A program made the translations under genes and the position numbers. This document shows, piece by piece, positions 60,969 to 64,000 of a stretch of DNA of 64,000 nt. Each line of letters opens with the position of its first letter. Positions within the stretch are counted from its first letter, which is position 1. The stretch comes from Octopus sinensis (taxonomy: Eukaryota): NCBI RefSeq assembly GCF_006345805.1, contig NC_042999.1, forward strand, positions 13,764,001 through 13,828,000. The letters run 5' to 3'. The notes below the pieces were generated by a model. The model searched no databases and was not told the origin of the DNA. It saw nothing but the letters and a program-made list of their open reading frames with translations.

Positions 60969-62366
60969 CACAATGGGCTTTCACACACCGTTTATCAACA
61001 AAAGGGGTCCTCAACCATTTTTTATCTATGGGCCCCTTCGATTACTATTTTATTCTTGTGGACTTTCAAAGTCATTCGACATTTGAAAACTAGTTTTATA
61101 GAAACTTCTTTCAAAATTCCTATTTTGTTTTTCACCTGTTAACTTGTGTAGGTTGAACAAAGTAAAATGTTAAATAAAGAAACCTAGCTGTTTCTTGCAA
61201 TACACACCACTACATACATCAAAAATATATTATTTATGATGACATTACCTCCTTGATTTGAAAGGAAGAAAATCATACATTCTTTGAATTCAAAAGGTTT
61301 GTTGAATCTATTCATATGAATCTATTCATATGAATCTATTTACACATCTATTACATTGGACAGATGCTGTGTTGCCAGAAGAAAAAATTGTCATAACAAA
61401 GAACACTTTGTTTTATATATAATTTTACTTGCGTCTAATGAGTCCTCATTACCCCCAAGAATTTAATTTTTACCCCACTTGAGGTAATTAACCCCGGTTC
61501 GCCGAACCCTTGGCTGAAGGCATCAGTTAAGCTCAATCCGGACCCCAATGCGAGACTATAAAAACACGACGACAAGACCGAACTTTCGACCTCCAAAAAT
61601 TTCAATATGGGGTAATTTACCCAGGGTCACCAACCCCTGATCTAAAACAAAATTTTTTTCAGGGGCCCTTAAAATATTACTGCGGATCCCCAATTTACAT
61701 TTTTGTTGCATGGCCCCCCACCAAAATCTTATATGGACCCTCAGGGTCTATACGGACCCTATAAGACTGACTCAAAAAACATTGATTGGCCCATGGTTAT
61801 AGCATAAGACACTTCTACAAAATGCAGTACAGTGGTATCGAGCCTGAAACCTGAGAGTTACAAGACACGCTTCTTAACCCCCACAGCCACAGCCACATCT
61901 AAATCTCAGATGTGTTTTCTCTCACTTCTTACTTACACACACACACACATACACACAGTAACAGGCATTTACGCATTCTGCATAGTACACACATGACTGT
62001 ATGCATTATACAGTTTATATCCCATATAATTATACTTATTATATTCAGGTACCGAATGACTAACACCTATATTTCCACAGCATCCACTGCTCTCTGACAT
62101 ATTGCCTCCAGGAAAGAAAGACATAATTGGGAGCTTTAATGTTATTTTCCGAGCACACATCATTTCTTCACACCTTTTCAATTACAATAACGATATCATG
62201 TGCACACACACACACCCATGTATATATTTATTTATATATTCATTTACTACATATATATATATTTATTTATGTGTAAATTTACTCTACATGAATCTATAAA
62301 TATACATTTACATATGTATTTACTTTATACTAACTTCTAAATGCATATTTGTTTACGTATATTTAC

Positions 62367-62367
<1 letters not shown>

Positions 62368-62398
<31 letters not shown>

Positions 62399-62520
62399 TG
62401 TATGCATGTATGCATGTATGTATCTATGCATGCATGTATCTATGTATGTATGCATGCATGCATGCATGCATGATGTATGTATGTATGTATGTATGTATGT
62501 ATGTATGTATGTATGTATGT
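62368..62520. repeat. (TATG)n/(CATG)n microsatellite
   Basis: Direct reading. Confidence 0.95.
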
Positions 62521-62745
62521 GGGTGTATTTGTGTATTTACTATTTATGTGTAAGTGTATTTAATGTGTGCATGTGTGTACACTTACTATGTGTGGTGTGT
62601 GTGTGTGTGAGAGAGAGAGTGCATTTATTGTGTGTATGTGTAGATATCCTATAAACATAGATATATATATACATATAGTTATATGTACATTTACTGTGTG
62701 TGTGTATATATATATATACATGTATATATAAATGTGTATATATAC

Positions 62746-63012
62746 ATCATCATCATCATCATCATCATCGTTTAACGTCCGCTTTCCGCGCTAGCACGGG
62801 TTGGACGGTTTGACCGGGTCTGGGAAGCCAGGGGCCGCACCAGGCTCCAGTCTGAATCTGGCAGAGTTTCTACGGCTGGATGCCCTTCCTAACGCCAACC
62901 ACTCCGTGAGTGGATTGGGTGCTTTTTACGTGCCACCTGCACAGGGGCCGGAGGGTCCGGCATCGTCACGATCGGTTCGAGCATTTTAACGTGTCAGCGG
63001 CACGGGGGCAAC
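62746..63012 (-). mobile_element. SINE-C, little diverged (retains CpGs)
   Basis: Consensus match. Confidence 0.85.
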
Positions 63013-64000
63013 GAGGTCCGGGGTACTTTGGGGATCGGGGTACTTTGGGGATCCAGGGTACTTTGGGGATCCGGGGTACTTAGAATGGGTAGGGGGTATG
63101 TGGAATTGCTGCAGAAAGCAGCCCGGGTCTTTGTAGTCACAGCATTTATCGTCACTGAGTAACGTAATTAGGTAGAGGAAAGAAATACAGATATTCTAGA
63201 GTTGAGTTGGGGAGGGGGGGGTCCAGTTGAGGCGGGTAATATAGGGGAGCAACCAGTGGGGAAGGTTGGGGTAAGGAGGAACGATGGCAGGAAGGGGTTG
63301 GTGAAGGTTCCTAAGAAATAAAAACGTAGGATATTGAAATAAAAACGTAGGATATTACGAGGCGGGAGGGTACTAAAGGGGATGGTCGGAATGAGGCAGT
63401 GTCAGGAGGAAGCGTAAGATCGGTGGGCAGTTGATGAGCTATGGCGCTAGCAGCTTCTCTTTTCACAGTGAAAGCATATGAGGAGAAGGGGAGGGAGTAG
63501 GGCGTACCCGGTGTAGATGAGTAAGGCGTATCCGGTGTAGATGGTGAGAACAGGGTATACTGGTATTGGTGGTGGGGGGTGAGAACAGTGTTCACCGGTA
63601 TTGGTGGTGGTGGTGGTGAGAACAGAGTTCACCGGTATTGGTGGTGGTGGTGGTGAGAACAGAGTTCACCGGTATTGGTGGTGGGGGGCGGGTGCACTGC
63701 CAATGGCGGAAAGATGGGAAGAGATGGGATTACGGCTTGAGGTAGCCTAAGGTTAAATTTTGTAGAGAGAGAGATAGGAAAGATAAATCAAGTTATGGCG
63801 AAGGCTTGAAAGTAGCCTAAAAGGTTAAATTTTCGTAACAATGTATGAATAAACGTAGTAACAACGAATAAAAATAGTAAGATAAATTTTTAAGAACTTG
63901 CTGCGGGCATCGATCGAGAGTTGAAATTGAAGAAGAAAGTAAGTTGAATTGGGAATTTAAATTGCAGAATCGTAATGGTAATGGCGATTTATATATATTT

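Noticed and set aside
60990-61770. Fragments resembling hAT-type MITE ends
   Set aside because: They are too decayed to define termini or a TSD by eye.

Overview
AT-rich eukaryotic DNA, inferred to be an Octopus genome from its dense, characteristic tRNA-derived SINE families and its (TA)n/(CA)n/(TAA)n microsatellite load. The only host coding sequence I can support is one 162-bp, phase 0-0 exon (10401-10562, minus strand) encoding part of the GAF-A domain of a PDE5/PDE6/PDE11-family phosphodiesterase. The rest looks like very long intron filled with mobile DNA: at least five SINE families (labelled A-E here), R4/Dong-like, CR1 and Tx1 LINE fragments, a Tc1/mariner relic, piggyBac- and Tc2-like MITEs, Helitrons and TE-derived tandem arrays. 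The main discovery is a set of fold-back elements in (TA)n tracts that carry minimal type-I hammerhead ribozymes from at least four unrelated sequence families. One ribozyme (40856-40900, minus) has an intact catalytic core and caps a long rod-like stem. It lies in a 352-nt circularly permuted monomer with Penelope-pLTR/retrozyme-like architecture and is in the sense orientation of the PDE gene. Other notable items are a microhomology template-switch scar replacing the RT core of a Tx1 element, very long (43 to about 90 bp) target duplications around SINEs, and 183-bp SINE multimers with a recurrent junction. All coordinates were read by eye; repeat boundaries are approximate.
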